A stretch of 64,000 bases of DNA from Acutalibacteraceae bacterium (GCA_051880555.1 JBJEOE010000022.1:10784-74783); one strand, 5' to 3'. Positions 44,913 to 55,517 are shown, counted from the first letter of the stretch. The notes: a model not told the origin generated them from the letters alone. Numbers and translations are program-made.

Positions 44913-45412
44913 TTGTTTTCACTCCAAAGTCTTGAATAAGCCGTACCCGAATAATGCCCGTGGCAAATTGCAAGCGCCAGCGCGTCGGCGGTATCGTCGG
45001 GCTTAGGCACCCTTTCCAAACTCAAAAAGCTTTTTACCATTTCCATAACCTGCCGCTTTTCCGCCCTGCCGTAGCCCGTTATCGCCTGCTTAACCTGAAG
45101 CGGCGTGTATTCAAAGACGGGTACGCCGCTGTTTTCCGCGGCAAGGACTATTACTCCCCTCGCCTGCGCGACGTCAATCGCGGTGGTGGTGTTGGTATTG
45201 AAATAAAGCTTTTCGACCGACATTTCATCAGGCTTATATTTTTCGATAACGGTCGCCATATCGTTATATATGTCCCGAAGTCTTTTCGGAAAGGGCAGTC
45301 CCGCCTTGGTGGTTATCGCCCCGAAACCAACGGTCTTAAAACGGTTTTTATCGTAATCCACAATGCCGTAGCCTATCGTGGCATAGCCGGGGTCTATACC
45401 CAAAATTCTCAA
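44909..45412 (-). CDS. ruvC: Crossover junction endodeoxyribonuclease RuvC
   Basis: TTG start at 45412 preceded by GGAGG, giving (M)RILGIDPGYATIGYG..., the canonical RuvC N-terminus. Confidence 0.9.
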   Translation of the reverse strand: MRILGIDPGYATIGYGIVDYDKNRFKTVGFGAITTKAGLPFPKRLRDIYNDMATVIEKYKPDEMSVEKLYFNTNTTTAIDVAQARGVIVLAAENSGVPVFEYTPLQVKQAITGYGRAEKRQVMEMVKSFLSLERVPKPDDTADALALAICHGHYSGTAYSRLWSENK

Positions 45413-45628
45413 AGCCCTGCCTCCAAAGCATAATATCACATTTTATTTTTTTATTATAACACATCTTATTTAATACATCAACAATTTCTTGATTTAGGCG
45501 CATAAATTTCATTATTTTGCAAAAAGCGAGTATTTGCGAGAAAAAGCGAGAAAAAACGAGCATTTAAGAGTTTTTCAAAATAGAGCCCTAAAACAATTAG
45601 AAAACTGTAGAAAAAACGCAAATTTTAC

Positions 45629-45657
45629 TTGACATTTAAGGGTTTTCATTGTATAGT
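45629..45657 (+). promoter_or_regulatory. Sigma-A-type promoter upstream of potABCD
   Basis: TTGACA (45629-45634), 17 nt, TATAGT (45652-45657). It leaves a leader of about 250 nt. Confidence 0.55.
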
Positions 45658-45912
45658 CATTATTTAGTTGAACATAAAAACTTAATATGTTTAATGAAGG
45701 CATCTGTGTAGAGAGCGGTTTCAGATTTTATGCCGTAGTTTCGGGGCTTTTAAAAAACCTCAGAAAACTATGAAAAACCCTTTGTTCAGGGCATATTACG
45801 AAGAAACTGCGGGTATCGCACAGGGTAGATTTTGCGGCACGCACTTTGCCGTAAAAATCGGATTATTATTCTTGTGTCGACATTTTAGTGTTGAACAAAG
45901 GGGGATGCTTTT

Positions 45913-47031
45913 ATGGAAAAGGAAAATATTGTAGAGCTTAAAAACATTTCGGTCGCCTTTGACGGGGAGCAGGTTCTGGACGGACTTAACCTTACGATAA
46001 GGGATAAGGAGTTTATCACCCTGTTAGGACCGTCGGGCTGCGGAAAAACCACAACCTTACGACTGATAGCGGGCTTTTTGGAGCCTGATTCGGGCGACGT
46101 TTTGTTTGAGGGCGAAAAAATTAATGGTGTTCCCGCCTACAAACGTCAGGTGAACACCATTTTTCAGCGTTATGCGCTCTTTCCGCACCTTAATGTGTAT
46201 GAAAATATCGCCTTCGGTCTGCGGGTGAAAAAACGCCCCGAAAAGGAGATAAAGGAAAAGGTTGCGGAAATGCTGAAGCTCGTTAATTTAACGGGGCTTG
46301 AAAAGCGGCATATCGATACCCTTTCGGGCGGTCAGCAGCAGAGAGTAGCAATAGCTAGGGCTATCGCCAATCACCCAAAGGTACTGCTTCTTGACGAGCC
46401 GCTCGCCGCCCTTGATTTGAAGCTCCGCAAGGATATGCAAAAGGAGCTTAAAAAGATTCAACAGCAGTTGGGTATTACCTTTATATTCGTAACCCACGAC
46501 CAGGAGGAGGCCCTTACTATGTCCGACCGCGTGGTGGTAATGGACGGCGGCAAAATCCAGCAGGTAGGCACTCCGCAGGATATATATAACGAACCCCGAA
46601 ACGCCTTTGTTGCCGACTTTATCGGCGAGTCGAATATTGTTGACGGAAAGATGCTCCGCGATTATTATGTCGAATTTTCGGGGCAGAAATTTGACTGCCT
46701 TGACAAGGGTTTTGCGGAAAACGAGCAGGTTGACGTTGTGGTTCGCCCCGAGGACGTGGACATTGTCGCCCCCGAAAAGGGTATGCTGAAAGGACAGGTT
46801 ACCTCTGTAGCCTTTTTGGGCGTACATTATGAGATTATTGTTGACATCGGCGGCTTTAAGTGGATGATTCAGACCACGGACGAGCATTTTACGGGTGACA
46901 ACGTGGGGCTTTACATTGAGCCCGACGCCATTCATATAATGAAGAAGTCCGAATATTCGGGACTTTACGGCGACTATTCCTCCTACAGTGAGGAAATCGA
47001 CCACCTCTCCGACGTAGAAGAGGAGGAGTAG
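45913..47031 (+). CDS. potA: Spermidine/putrescine ABC transporter ATP-binding protein
   Basis: [23 protein letters not shown] and a C-terminal TOBE-like domain. Followed by potB, potC and potD. Confidence 0.9.
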   Translation: MEKENIVELKNISVAFDGEQVLDGLNLTIRDKEFITLLGPSGCGKTTTLRLIAGFLEPDSGDVLFEGEKINGVPAYKRQVNTIFQRYALFPHLNVYENIAFGLRVKKRPEKEIKEKVAEMLKLVNLTGLEKRHIDTLSGGQQQRVAIARAIANHPKVLLLDEPLAALDLKLRKDMQKELKKIQQQLGITFIFVTHDQEEALTMSDRVVVMDGGKIQQVGTPQDIYNEPRNAFVADFIGESNIVDGKMLRDYYVEFSGQKFDCLDKGFAENEQVDVVVRPEDVDIVAPEKGMLKGQVTSVAFLGVHYEIIVDIGGFKWMIQTTDEHFTGDNVGLYIEPDAIHIMKKSEYSGLYGDYSSYSEEIDHLSDVEEEE

Positions 47032-47033
47032 CC

Positions 47034-47861
47034 GTGAACAAAAAAACCTTTGGTAATAAGCTGGTTGCCTCGCCCTATATTGTCTGGTCGGCAATATTTA
47101 TCGTGGTTCCGCTTATAATAATGGTGTACTTTGCCCTTACAGATTCTTCAGGTGCCTTTACCCTCGCTAATCTGTCGGGGCTGGGGCAGTACAAAAAAGC
47201 CTTTGCAATCTCTATAATTTACGCCGCCGCCGCAACCGTTATTACCCTTATACTAGCATATCCAATGGCGTATTTTATGACTAAGCTTAACGTTTCCTCA
47301 CAGCGAATGTTATTTATGATAGTAATGATACCTATGTGGATGAACTTTTTAATCCGCACCTATTCATGGATAACGATACTCGCAAACACAGGACTTATCA
47401 ACACCTTTTTAACAAACATAGGGTTAAAGCCGCTAAAGCTTATCAACACCCCGGGCGCGGTAATTCTCGGTATGGTCTACGACTTTATACCTTATATGAT
47501 ACTTCCGATTTACTCGGTTATGTCAAAGCTTGATAAATCCCTGCTCGAAGCGGCGGAGGACTTAGGCTCAAACTCGGTAACAAAGTTTAAAAAGGTTATA
47601 TTTCCCCTCTCCCGCCCGGGAGTTATTTCGGGGATAACGATGGTTTTCGTGCCGTCGGTCAGCACCTTTTATATTTCCCAAAAGCTCGGCGGAAACAAGA
47701 CGATGCTTATCGGCGATACAATCGAATACTTCTTCAACTTAGGACCTTCATATTATAATATCGCGTCGGCGATTTCGCTGGTGCTTATGGTTATGATATT
47801 AATCTGTCTATTTATAATGAACAGATTTACCGACAGCGAGGACGGAGGTGTGTTAATGTGA
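47034..47861 (+). CDS. potB: Spermidine/putrescine ABC transporter permease
   Basis: 275-aa polytopic protein with an EAA loop (LLEAAEDLGSNSVTKFKKVIFP). Confidence 0.9.
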   Translation: MNKKTFGNKLVASPYIVWSAIFIVVPLIIMVYFALTDSSGAFTLANLSGLGQYKKAFAISIIYAAAATVITLILAYPMAYFMTKLNVSSQRMLFMIVMIPMWMNFLIRTYSWITILANTGLINTFLTNIGLKPLKLINTPGAVILGMVYDFIPYMILPIYSVMSKLDKSLLEAAEDLGSNSVTKFKKVIFPLSRPGVISGITMVFVPSVSTFYISQKLGGNKTMLIGDTIEYFFNLGPSYYNIASAISLVLMVMILICLFIMNRFTDSEDGGVLM

Positions 47862-48667
47862 AAATACTCTCCCGAATTTATATCGCGCTCATTATTCTGT
47901 TCCTTTACGCGCCCGTCGCGGTAATGATAGTCTTTTCCTTTAACTCGTCCTCGAGCGTTTGGGTTATGGGCGGCTTTTCTACCCGCTGGTACGAGGGACT
48001 GGCTAACGACACGTCAATGCTCACCGCCCTTGAACACACCCTTATAATCGCTGTTTCCTCGGCGGTAATTTCAACCGTTTTAGGCACTGCCGCCGCTGTG
48101 GGAATAACCGCGATTCGCCGAAAAATGTCCCAAAAAATCGTTATGTCGGTCACCCAGATTCCTATGATGAACGCCGATATTGTAACCGGTATTTCCTTAA
48201 TGCTTCTTTTCATATTTTTCGGCAAGCTTATAGGGCTTAACGAATCGTTGGGGCTTGCTACCGTGCTTATCGCCCATATCACCTTTAACCTGCCCTATGT
48301 GATTTTATCGGTAATACCAAAATTAAGGCAGACCGACTCCCATTTAGCTGAGGCGGCTCTCGACCTCGGCTGTACCCCCCTTAAAGCCTTTTTCAAGGTG
48401 ATACTTCCCTCGATTTCAACGGGAATCGTCACGGGCTTTATAATGGCGTTTACCTTATCGCTGGACGATTTTGTTATAAGCTATTTTACCTGCGGTCATT
48501 ATCAGACCCTACCAATAGTAATCTACAATATGACAAAGAAGTCGGTCACACCCGACACATATGCGCTTTCAACACTTATATTTATATCGGTTTTTGTGCT
48601 GATGGTGCTTTATAACGTATTGCAGACAAAAAGTGATAAAAAGCGTACCACCACGGTACGAGTATAA
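47858..48667 (+). CDS. potC: Spermidine/putrescine ABC transporter permease
   Basis: 269-aa polytopic protein with an EAA loop (LAEAALDLGCTPLKAFFKVILP). Confidence 0.9.
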   Translation: MKILSRIYIALIILFLYAPVAVMIVFSFNSSSSVWVMGGFSTRWYEGLANDTSMLTALEHTLIIAVSSAVISTVLGTAAAVGITAIRRKMSQKIVMSVTQIPMMNADIVTGISLMLLFIFFGKLIGLNESLGLATVLIAHITFNLPYVILSVIPKLRQTDSHLAEAALDLGCTPLKAFFKVILPSISTGIVTGFIMAFTLSLDDFVISYFTCGHYQTLPIVIYNMTKKSVTPDTYALSTLIFISVFVLMVLYNVLQTKSDKKRTTTVRV

Positions 48668-48687
48668 AAAAGAAAGGATTTTGATAA

Positions 48688-49794
48688 ATGAAAAAATATC
48701 TGGCTCTCATACTTGCATTAACATTAACACTCTCCGCCCTTCTTACGGGCTGCGGCTATGAATACAAGGAGCTGAACCTGCGCGGAACCTATGATAAAAG
48801 CCTTGAGGGTACAACCCTTACGGTCTACAACTGGGGCGAATATATTTCGGACGGAGCCGATGATTCCATTGACGTAAACAAGGAATTTGAAAAGCTTACG
48901 GGAATTAAGGTTAAATACCTCACCTTTGAAAGCAACGAGACTATGTACTCCCAAATCAAGAGCGGCGGCATAAGCTACGATATAATAATCCCCTCGGATT
49001 ATATGATAGAACGCCTTAAGAGCGAGGATATGCTCGAAAAAATCGACACCTCTAAGATTTCCAACTACGATTTGATTGAGGACAAGTACAAAAATCTCTT
49101 CTTTGACGAAAATAACGAGTACAGCGTCCCCTACAACGTCGGCTTGGTCGGTATTATTTACAATGAAAAGCTTACGGGAAGCGACATTGCACATTCATGG
49201 AAGGTGCTGTGGGACGAAAAATACAAGGATATGGCGCTTAACTTCAACAATCCGCGGGACGCCTTTATGACCGCCCAGATGATTTTGGGACAGGACTTAA
49301 ACACCCTAAACAAGGCGGATTGGGACGCCGCCGCCGACCTTTTAAAGCAGGGCAAGGCAAATCTTCAGTCCTATGTAATGGACGAGATTTACGCTAAAAT
49401 GGAGACGGGCGAGGCTTCTGTAGCCCCCTACTACGCGGGCGATTACCTTACAATGCTTGAATCCAACGAGGATCTGCGCTTTTTCTACCCCGAGGAGGGT
49501 ACAAACATTTTCGTTGATTCGGTCTGCATACCGAAAAACGCTAAAAACTATGAAGCGGCGCTTATGTATATCAACTTCCTCTTAGAGCCCGATATTTCGA
49601 CCGCCAACGCCGAGTATATCGGTTATGCCTCCCCCAACACCGCAGTTATAAACAACGAGGACTACTGCTACTATCAGAACGAGATTCTCTATCCCGACGA
49701 AAGCGCACTTCCCAAGGTACAGTATTATCACGATATAGACAGCGAAATACGCACCTATTACGAGACCCTCTGGAGCGAGGTAAAGCTGTACTAA
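48688..49794 (+). CDS. potD: Spermidine/putrescine-binding lipoprotein
   Basis: Lipobox LLTGC. PotD-like body (LTVYNWGEYISD..., YDIIIPSDYMIERL). Confidence 0.9.
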   Translation: MKKYLALILALTLTLSALLTGCGYEYKELNLRGTYDKSLEGTTLTVYNWGEYISDGADDSIDVNKEFEKLTGIKVKYLTFESNETMYSQIKSGGISYDIIIPSDYMIERLKSEDMLEKIDTSKISNYDLIEDKYKNLFFDENNEYSVPYNVGLVGIIYNEKLTGSDIAHSWKVLWDEKYKDMALNFNNPRDAFMTAQMILGQDLNTLNKADWDAAADLLKQGKANLQSYVMDEIYAKMETGEASVAPYYAGDYLTMLESNEDLRFFYPEEGTNIFVDSVCIPKNAKNYEAALMYINFLLEPDISTANAEYIGYASPNTAVINNEDYCYYQNEILYPDESALPKVQYYHDIDSEIRTYYETLWSEVKLY

Positions 49795-49801
49795 TAGCCT
49801 A

Positions 49802-49832
49802 AACGGTCAGGCGTTTGCCCGACCGTTTTTTT
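49802..49832. terminator. Bidirectional terminator between potD and the sigma-factor gene
   Basis: aacggtcagg-cgtttgc-ccgaccgtt followed by a T7 run. Confidence 0.6.
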
Positions 49833-50352
49833 ATCCCATAAAATACTCCCGCAGTGATTTAAGTCCCCTTCTTTCAAGCCTGTTGACCGCCTGTCTTGTA
49901 ATACCGAGCCGCTCTGCTATCTGAGAATCCGAAAAGCCGTATATGTACCTTAGAATTATCGCCTCTCTCTGTCGCTTAGAAAGTCGACTCATACCCTCCT
50001 TAAGGGCAATGCTGTTTTCAAAATTCACGCAAAAGCCGACGTTTTCACGAAGCTCGTTTTCCTCCAAAGTACTTTTACCGCACTTTTTAGAAATTAGAAT
50101 ATAGCGGTTGCGAATACAAACCGCAATGTATTTGTTAAGCTCCTCAGATTCGTCGGATAAAAAGCAGTCGGTATTAATAGAGCAAACAAGCTCAAGCAAA
50201 AATACCGTCAGCTCCTGCGCCGCATCATCAAAGCCGAGCCTGCCTGCAAAATAGCCTATCAGCCCCTCAAACGAGCCTAAAAGCTCCTCGAAACGCGACA
50301 TATTATTATTTTTAACCTCTTTTACAATAGACAAAAGCTCCCTGTTACACAT
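49831..50352 (-). CDS. Sigma-70-family (ECF-like/small) RNA polymerase sigma factor
   Basis: The region-4 HTH reads LSKRQREAIILRYIYGFSDSQIAERLGITRQAVNRLERRGLKSLRE. Confidence 0.75.
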   Translation of the reverse strand: MCNRELLSIVKEVKNNNMSRFEELLGSFEGLIGYFAGRLGFDDAAQELTVFLLELVCSINTDCFLSDESEELNKYIAVCIRNRYILISKKCGKSTLEENELRENVGFCVNFENSIALKEGMSRLSKRQREAIILRYIYGFSDSQIAERLGITRQAVNRLERRGLKSLREYFMG

Positions 50353-50553
50353 CCTAAATTCTTCCTTTCATATTAAAGAAAGAAAAAAGCGGCGGTTTTG
50401 TAAACCTCATTTAGTAAACTTTTTCGTCCGCTTTTATCTTTGAAAAAATTTTACTAAATTTGCATTATTAATTTACATTATCTGGAGCGAACGGAGGTTT
50501 TTCGAGAGCGAAAAACGTATATTTTGTTTTTTAGGGTATACAAAAGTTATATA

Positions 50554-50582
50554 TTGACATTTAATATCATATATTATATAAT
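50554..50582 (+). promoter_or_regulatory. Consensus sigma-A promoter for the LytTR regulator gene
   Basis: TTGACA (50554-50559), 17 nt, TATAAT (50577-50582). Confidence 0.65.
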
Positions 50583-50638
50583 ATTGTCGAAATAAGTCGA
50601 AAAGTTACTTTCTCAAACATTCTGGAGGAGGCAATACA

Positions 50639-51340
50639 ATGAGAATAGCTTTATGCGACGGCAACGCGCTAAGTATTAAAAATACCAAAAAAATGATTTA
50701 TGAATACGCAAACCTAAGAGGGATTGAGCTTTTGGCGGAGGAGTACTGTACAGGTGCAAAGCTTTTGGAAAACGCCGCAGAATACCCGCTTATAATACTG
50801 GATTACAATCTGCGAGGGGTTAACGGACTTGAAACAGCAAGACAGCTCCGTAAAAAGAATCCCGCCTGCGCCATTATTTTTTTAAGCGCCTACACGGGCT
50901 TTATTCTCGATTCCTTTGAGGTGGCTCCCTACCGTTTTTTGTTAAAGCCGCTTGACAGGGAAATCCTCTTTGCCGCCCTCGACGATTATTTTAAAGCCTA
51001 CGCCGAAAACCGGACGCTTTGGGTCAAGGACGGCGACGACACCTTTTGTCTTAAAACGGGAGAAATACTTTACCTTGAGGCGGACAATAAAAACTGCTTT
51101 ATAAGTCTCAGGGATAAAAAAATCCGCTGTCACAAAACTATGGCGCGGGTATACGGCGCGTTGCCCAAAAGGAATTTCGGGAGGATAAACCGCGCCTATG
51201 TGGTTAATTTTAAATATATTTCCTCCTACAACAGCGATAACGTACTGCTCAGAAACGGCGAGCGCCTGCACGTGGGGAGAAGCTATTTTAAAAGCTTCAG
51301 GGAGGAATATAAAAGCTTTTCGGGTGCAAAAGAGCTGTAA
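50639..51340 (+). CDS. LytTR-family response regulator (no adjacent kinase)
   Basis: Receiver (MRIALCDGN...LIILDYNL) plus a LytTR domain (ILYLEADNKNCFISLRDKKIRCHKTMARVYGAL...FGRINRAYVVNFKYI). Confidence 0.85.
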   Translation: MRIALCDGNALSIKNTKKMIYEYANLRGIELLAEEYCTGAKLLENAAEYPLIILDYNLRGVNGLETARQLRKKNPACAIIFLSAYTGFILDSFEVAPYRFLLKPLDREILFAALDDYFKAYAENRTLWVKDGDDTFCLKTGEILYLEADNKNCFISLRDKKIRCHKTMARVYGALPKRNFGRINRAYVVNFKYISSYNSDNVLLRNGERLHVGRSYFKSFREEYKSFSGAKEL

Positions 51341-51433
51341 AAAAATAAAATTTACGTTTTTTGGCTTAAAGTTGTTGATTTTATTCTCAAAAAAAGGTAT
51401 CATATAAAGGAGAATATATACTCGGAGGAAAAA

Positions 51434-52171
51434 ATGTTAGAATTAAAAAATATTTCCTTCAGCGCCGAAAACGAGACGGGCGAAAAGGAAATTCTTAAAA
51501 ACATCAATTTAAAAATCGACGACAGCTTTGTTGTCATAACAGGACCTAACGGCGGCGGAAAGTCCACCCTGGCAAAAATTATCGCGGGCATAATCACACC
51601 TGTTTCGGGGCAAATTCTGCTCGACGGTGAGGATATTACAAACCTTTCGATAACAGAGAGAGCTAAAAAGGGTATAAGCTTCGCCTTTCAACAGCCCGTA
51701 CATTTTAAGGGGCTTACGGTTTATGACCTTATTGGTCTTGCCGCGGGCAAGGAAATCGGAATAAACGATGCATGCGACTATCTTTCTCAGGTGGGACTTT
51801 GCGCGAGGGATTATATAAACCGCGAGGTCAATTCCTCCCTTTCGGGCGGCGAGCTTAAGCGTATCGAAATCGCCACGGTATTAGCCCGCTCCTCCAAGGT
51901 CTCGATTTTTGACGAGCCCGAGGCGGGTATCGACCTTTGGAGCTTCGGCAATTTGATTCAGGTGTTTGAGAAAATGCACAAAAGCTCGGGCGGTACGATT
52001 ATTATCATATCGCATCAGGAGCGTATTCTTAATATTGCGGACAGGATTGTTGTTTTAGGCGGCGGCGAGCTGCGCGCCACGGGCACTAAGGAAGAAATTT
52101 TGCCCGAGCTTTTAGGCACGGTGGACAGCGGCTGTAAAATCCTTGCCGACAGCGCAAAGGAGGCAAAATAA
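51434..52171 (+). CDS. sufC: Fe-S cluster assembly ATPase SufC
   Basis: GPNGGGKST, LSGGELKR and IFDEPEAGIDL. Followed by a SufB/D-family gene. Confidence 0.85.
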   Translation: MLELKNISFSAENETGEKEILKNINLKIDDSFVVITGPNGGGKSTLAKIIAGIITPVSGQILLDGEDITNLSITERAKKGISFAFQQPVHFKGLTVYDLIGLAAGKEIGINDACDYLSQVGLCARDYINREVNSSLSGGELKRIEIATVLARSSKVSIFDEPEAGIDLWSFGNLIQVFEKMHKSSGGTIIIISHQERILNIADRIVVLGGGELRATGTKEEILPELLGTVDSGCKILADSAKEAK

Positions 52172-53088
52172 TGAACAGTACCGAGCTTGAGCTTTTACAG
52201 ATTATTGCAGATATGAACGCCTCCACCGAGGGCGCGTACAATATAAGGGCAAACGGTCAGCTTGCCGACCGTCACGTTACCGAAAATATCGATATAAGAA
52301 CCAAAACCGACTCACCGGGAATCGACATAATAATAAAGCCCGAAACCAAAGGCGAAACCGTACACATTCCCGTAATCATAAGCGAAACGGGACTAAACGA
52401 CCTTGTTTATAACGACTTTATTATAGGCGAAAACGCCGACGTTACGATAGTCGCGGGTTGCGGTATTCACAACTGCGGTGAAAAGGAATCCCGCCACGAC
52501 GGTATTCACACCTTTTTTGTGGGCAAAAACGCTAAGGTAAAGTATATTGAAAAACACTACGGCGAGGGTGACGGAAACGGCGAGAACAATATGAGCCCAA
52601 CTACCGTAATCAATATCGCCGAGGGCGGTTATATGGAAATGGATACCTCTCAGATAAAGGGTATAGACTCGACAAAGCGGGTCACAAAAGCCCGCCTTTC
52701 GGACGATGCCACCCTTGTAATACGCGAAAGAATTATGACCCACGGCAAGCAAACCGCCGAAACCGACTTCACGGTTGACTTAGACGGTAAAAATTCAGGC
52801 GCAAACGTCATTTCGCGCTCGGTCGCAAAGGATAATTCCTTCCAGCGCTTTTTCTCAAAGATAAACGGAAACAACGTATGTAGCGGTCACACCGAGTGCG
52901 ACGCGATTATTATGGATAACGCAAAGGTAAGCGCAATCCCCGAAATCACCGCCAACAGCATCGACGCTTCGCTTATTCACGAGGCGGCAATAGGCAAAAT
53001 AGCGGGCGACCAGCTTATCAAGCTTATGACTTTAGGACTTACCGAAAAACAGGCGGAAGAACAGATTATAAACGGCTTCTTAAAGTAA
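52171..53088 (+). CDS. SufB/SufD-family Fe-S assembly protein
   Basis: 305 aa with a beta-helix-type repeat region and the C-terminal motif HEAAIGKIAGDQLIKLMTLGLTEKQAEEQII. Confidence 0.75.
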   Translation: MNSTELELLQIIADMNASTEGAYNIRANGQLADRHVTENIDIRTKTDSPGIDIIIKPETKGETVHIPVIISETGLNDLVYNDFIIGENADVTIVAGCGIHNCGEKESRHDGIHTFFVGKNAKVKYIEKHYGEGDGNGENNMSPTTVINIAEGGYMEMDTSQIKGIDSTKRVTKARLSDDATLVIRERIMTHGKQTAETDFTVDLDGKNSGANVISRSVAKDNSFQRFFSKINGNNVCSGHTECDAIIMDNAKVSAIPEITANSIDASLIHEAAIGKIAGDQLIKLMTLGLTEKQAEEQIINGFLK

Positions 53089-53211
53089 TAACGCCTCCCT
53101 TGCCTAAAGGGAGGGGGACCGCCGAACGGCGGTGGAGGGATTCAATCGTCCTTCATCAAACCAAATATCCCCCGGTAACTCCTTGGTCGTGACGGCCCCG
53201 CCGGTACAGGC

Positions 53212-53613
53212 TTAAAACAGCCCCGCTTTATTCATATCGTTATCGTGAATAACAGTGATGTATTTTATTGAAGAGGCGTCGCAAATCATTGTACTGCACC
53301 CTCTGTAGAGCTTTAGCACAATATAATCCGCTCCCACCTCGAGCAGTATCCCCACCCGACTTTCAAGACAGCCGCCTATAAGCGATTCAACCCTTACAAG
53401 CTTTCCCGTCATCGTCTTTAAATACGCAGGCAGAAAAGCTTCCTCCGAAAGGCGAGTATAGCTCTTTATTTGGCGCGAGGGGCTGTTTTCAACCGTCATT
53501 TTACAGCTTTTCTCCGTTCGTTCGGTATCACAGCTTTTCAAATAATCCTCATAATAATTCAAATCCTTGTCGCTCCTTATAGGACAGGGAAAATTATGTT
53601 CCATAATCCACAC
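53212..53613 (-). CDS. Hypothetical protein, possibly spore coat protein GerQ-like
   Basis: The C-terminal half GKLVRVESLIGGCLESRVGILLEVGADYIVLKL...IKYITV resembles the GerQ/YwdL core from memory. This is a weak call. Confidence 0.4.
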   Translation of the reverse strand: MWIMEHNFPCPIRSDKDLNYYEDYLKSCDTERTEKSCKMTVENSPSRQIKSYTRLSEEAFLPAYLKTMTGKLVRVESLIGGCLESRVGILLEVGADYIVLKLYRGCSTMICDASSIKYITVIHDNDMNKAGLF

Positions 53614-53682
53614 TCCCGATTAACTTTTTGTAACAGTATATGAGACAAACCGTAAAATTGCTAAAGGAAAGGCGGAATCAGT

Positions 53683-54411
53683 ATGTCAACACCGCATATA
53701 GCGGCTAATAAGGGCGACTTTGCCGATACCGTGCTTATGCCGGGCGACCCCTACCGTTCACAGCTTATAGCCGAGAACTTCCTCAGCGACGCAAGGCTTG
53801 TAAACGACGTTCGCGGCGTAAAGGGCTACACGGGGCTTTACAAGGGTAAAAAAATCTCGGTAATGGCAAGCGGAATGGGTATGCCCTCCATTGGAATCTA
53901 TTCTTATGAGCTCTTTAATTTTTTCGGCGTGGAAAAAATAATACGCGTCGGCTCCGCAGGCTCCTACAGAGAGGACGTTAAGCTTCGCGACATAGTTTTG
54001 GGACAGGCGGCGTGTACCGACTCGGCATTTGTTAGACAGTTCGGTCTGCCCGGGGACTTTGCCCCCATAGCCGATTTCGGACTGCTCACAAAAGCGGTCT
54101 TGGAGGCTAATAAGCTGGGGCTTACCTATCATGTCGGAAATATTCTTTCAAGCGACCGTTTCTACGGCGACGGCGAGGGACTTCCCGATTGGAAACAGCC
54201 CGTAGCCCTTTGGTCAAAGATGGGAGTGCTTGCGGTAGAAATGGAGGCGGCGGCGCTTTATATGAACGCCGCGAGAGCGGGCAAACGCGCCCTCTGCATT
54301 TGCACCGTTTCCGACTCGCTTGTAACGGGCGAAGCGACAACCGCCGAGGAGCGGCAAAATTCCTTTACCGATATGATAAGGCTTGCGCTTGAAACTGCGG
54401 CGGAGGAATAA
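53683..54411 (+). CDS. deoD: Purine nucleoside phosphorylase, DeoD type
   Basis: MSTPHIAANKGDFADTVLMPGDPYRSQLIAENFL...GMGMPSIGIYSYEL closely parallels E. coli DeoD. Confidence 0.9.
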   Translation: MSTPHIAANKGDFADTVLMPGDPYRSQLIAENFLSDARLVNDVRGVKGYTGLYKGKKISVMASGMGMPSIGIYSYELFNFFGVEKIIRVGSAGSYREDVKLRDIVLGQAACTDSAFVRQFGLPGDFAPIADFGLLTKAVLEANKLGLTYHVGNILSSDRFYGDGEGLPDWKQPVALWSKMGVLAVEMEAAALYMNAARAGKRALCICTVSDSLVTGEATTAEERQNSFTDMIRLALETAAEE

Positions 54412-54421
54412 TTATCAGTCT

Positions 54422-55423
54422 ATGAAAGAAGGAAAAATATTGTCCGTTAGGGAACGCTTATTGCCCTTGCTTCGCGAACACGGCGACTATCTTTCGGGCG
54501 AGGAGGCGGCAAGGCTTTTAGGGGTCAGCCGCAACGCCGTTTGGAAGGCGGTCTCCGCGCTTAAGGCAGACGGTTACCGAATTGAAGCCGTCACAAACCG
54601 CGGTTATAAATTAATTGACAGCGGCGACGTTTTATCCGCCGCCGAAATTGAAAAGCATTTAGGCGCTTTATCCGAAAGACTTAATATCGAGGTCAAATCC
54701 ACCGTTACCTCAACCAACATTCTAATGAAGGAAAAAGCCGCTTCGGGCGCCCCCGAGGGTACGGTTTTAGCCGCAACCGAGCAAACCGCAGGCAGAGGCC
54801 GCTTTACAAGGCGATTTTTTTCACCGTCGGATAGCGGCGTGTACTTCAGCGTTCTGCTTCGTCCCAAGCTTTCCGCAGAAAATGCGGCGCTTATAACAAC
54901 CGCCGCGGCGGTCGCCGTCGCAGAGGCGGCGGAGGAGCTTTGCGGCAGGAAGACGGGAATAAAATGGGTAAACGATGTTCTTATTGAGGGCAGAAAAATC
55001 TGCGGCATATTAACCGAAGCGTCCTTAAACCTTGAAAGCGGAGAGCTTGATTACGCAATTTTAGGCATTGGGCTTAATGTATACGAGCCTGTCGGCGGCT
55101 TTCCGCAGGAAATCGCAAATATCGCGGGTTCGATATTCAAGGAGCGCGGCACGGGGCTTCGCAGTAAAATTACCGCCGCGGTGCTTGAACGGTTTTTTAA
55201 GTACTACGATTCCCTTGGCGAACGCTTATTTCTTAAATCCTACCGCGAGCGGTGCATAGTTATCGGAAAGCAAATCACGGTGCTGTCGGGCAGCGGCTCA
55301 CGTCCCGCTCTTGCGCTCGGCGTAGATGACAACTGCCGCTTAATTGTAAAATATCCCGACGGCAGTGAGGACTGTCTCTCATCGGGCGAAATCAGCGTGC
55401 GCCTGTCAAAAAACAATAATTAG
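54422..55423 (+). CDS. birA: Bifunctional biotin-[acetyl-CoA-carboxylase] ligase / biotin operon repressor
   Basis: N-terminal wHTH (GEEAARLLGVSRNAVWKAVSALKADGY) and ligase motif QTAGRGRFTRRF. The start is set at the ATG at 54422. Confidence 0.9.
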   Translation: MKEGKILSVRERLLPLLREHGDYLSGEEAARLLGVSRNAVWKAVSALKADGYRIEAVTNRGYKLIDSGDVLSAAEIEKHLGALSERLNIEVKSTVTSTNILMKEKAASGAPEGTVLAATEQTAGRGRFTRRFFSPSDSGVYFSVLLRPKLSAENAALITTAAAVAVAEAAEELCGRKTGIKWVNDVLIEGRKICGILTEASLNLESGELDYAILGIGLNVYEPVGGFPQEIANIAGSIFKERGTGLRSKITAAVLERFFKYYDSLGERLFLKSYRERCIVIGKQITVLSGSGSRPALALGVDDNCRLIVKYPDGSEDCLSSGEISVRLSKNNN

Positions 55424-55517
55424 CAAAAAATTCAACGAAAATTCAATAAATACTTGCTTGAATAATATAATTCGCTATGCTATAATAAATTGATATCAAA
55501 AAAAATATTATTTTAGT

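Noticed and set aside
46288-47094. 268-aa minus-strand ORF
   Set aside because: It is antisense to potA and has no independent motif support.
53095-53211. tRNA-like or small RNA gene in the GC-rich sufBD/gerQ-like spacer (ggagggattcaatcgtcc resembles a T-arm)
   Set aside because: No acceptor stem, D-arm or anticodon arm can be drawn. The region is better explained as two terminator/REP-like hairpins (cctccctt-gccta-aagggagg and ccgccg-aa-cggcgg) between convergent genes.
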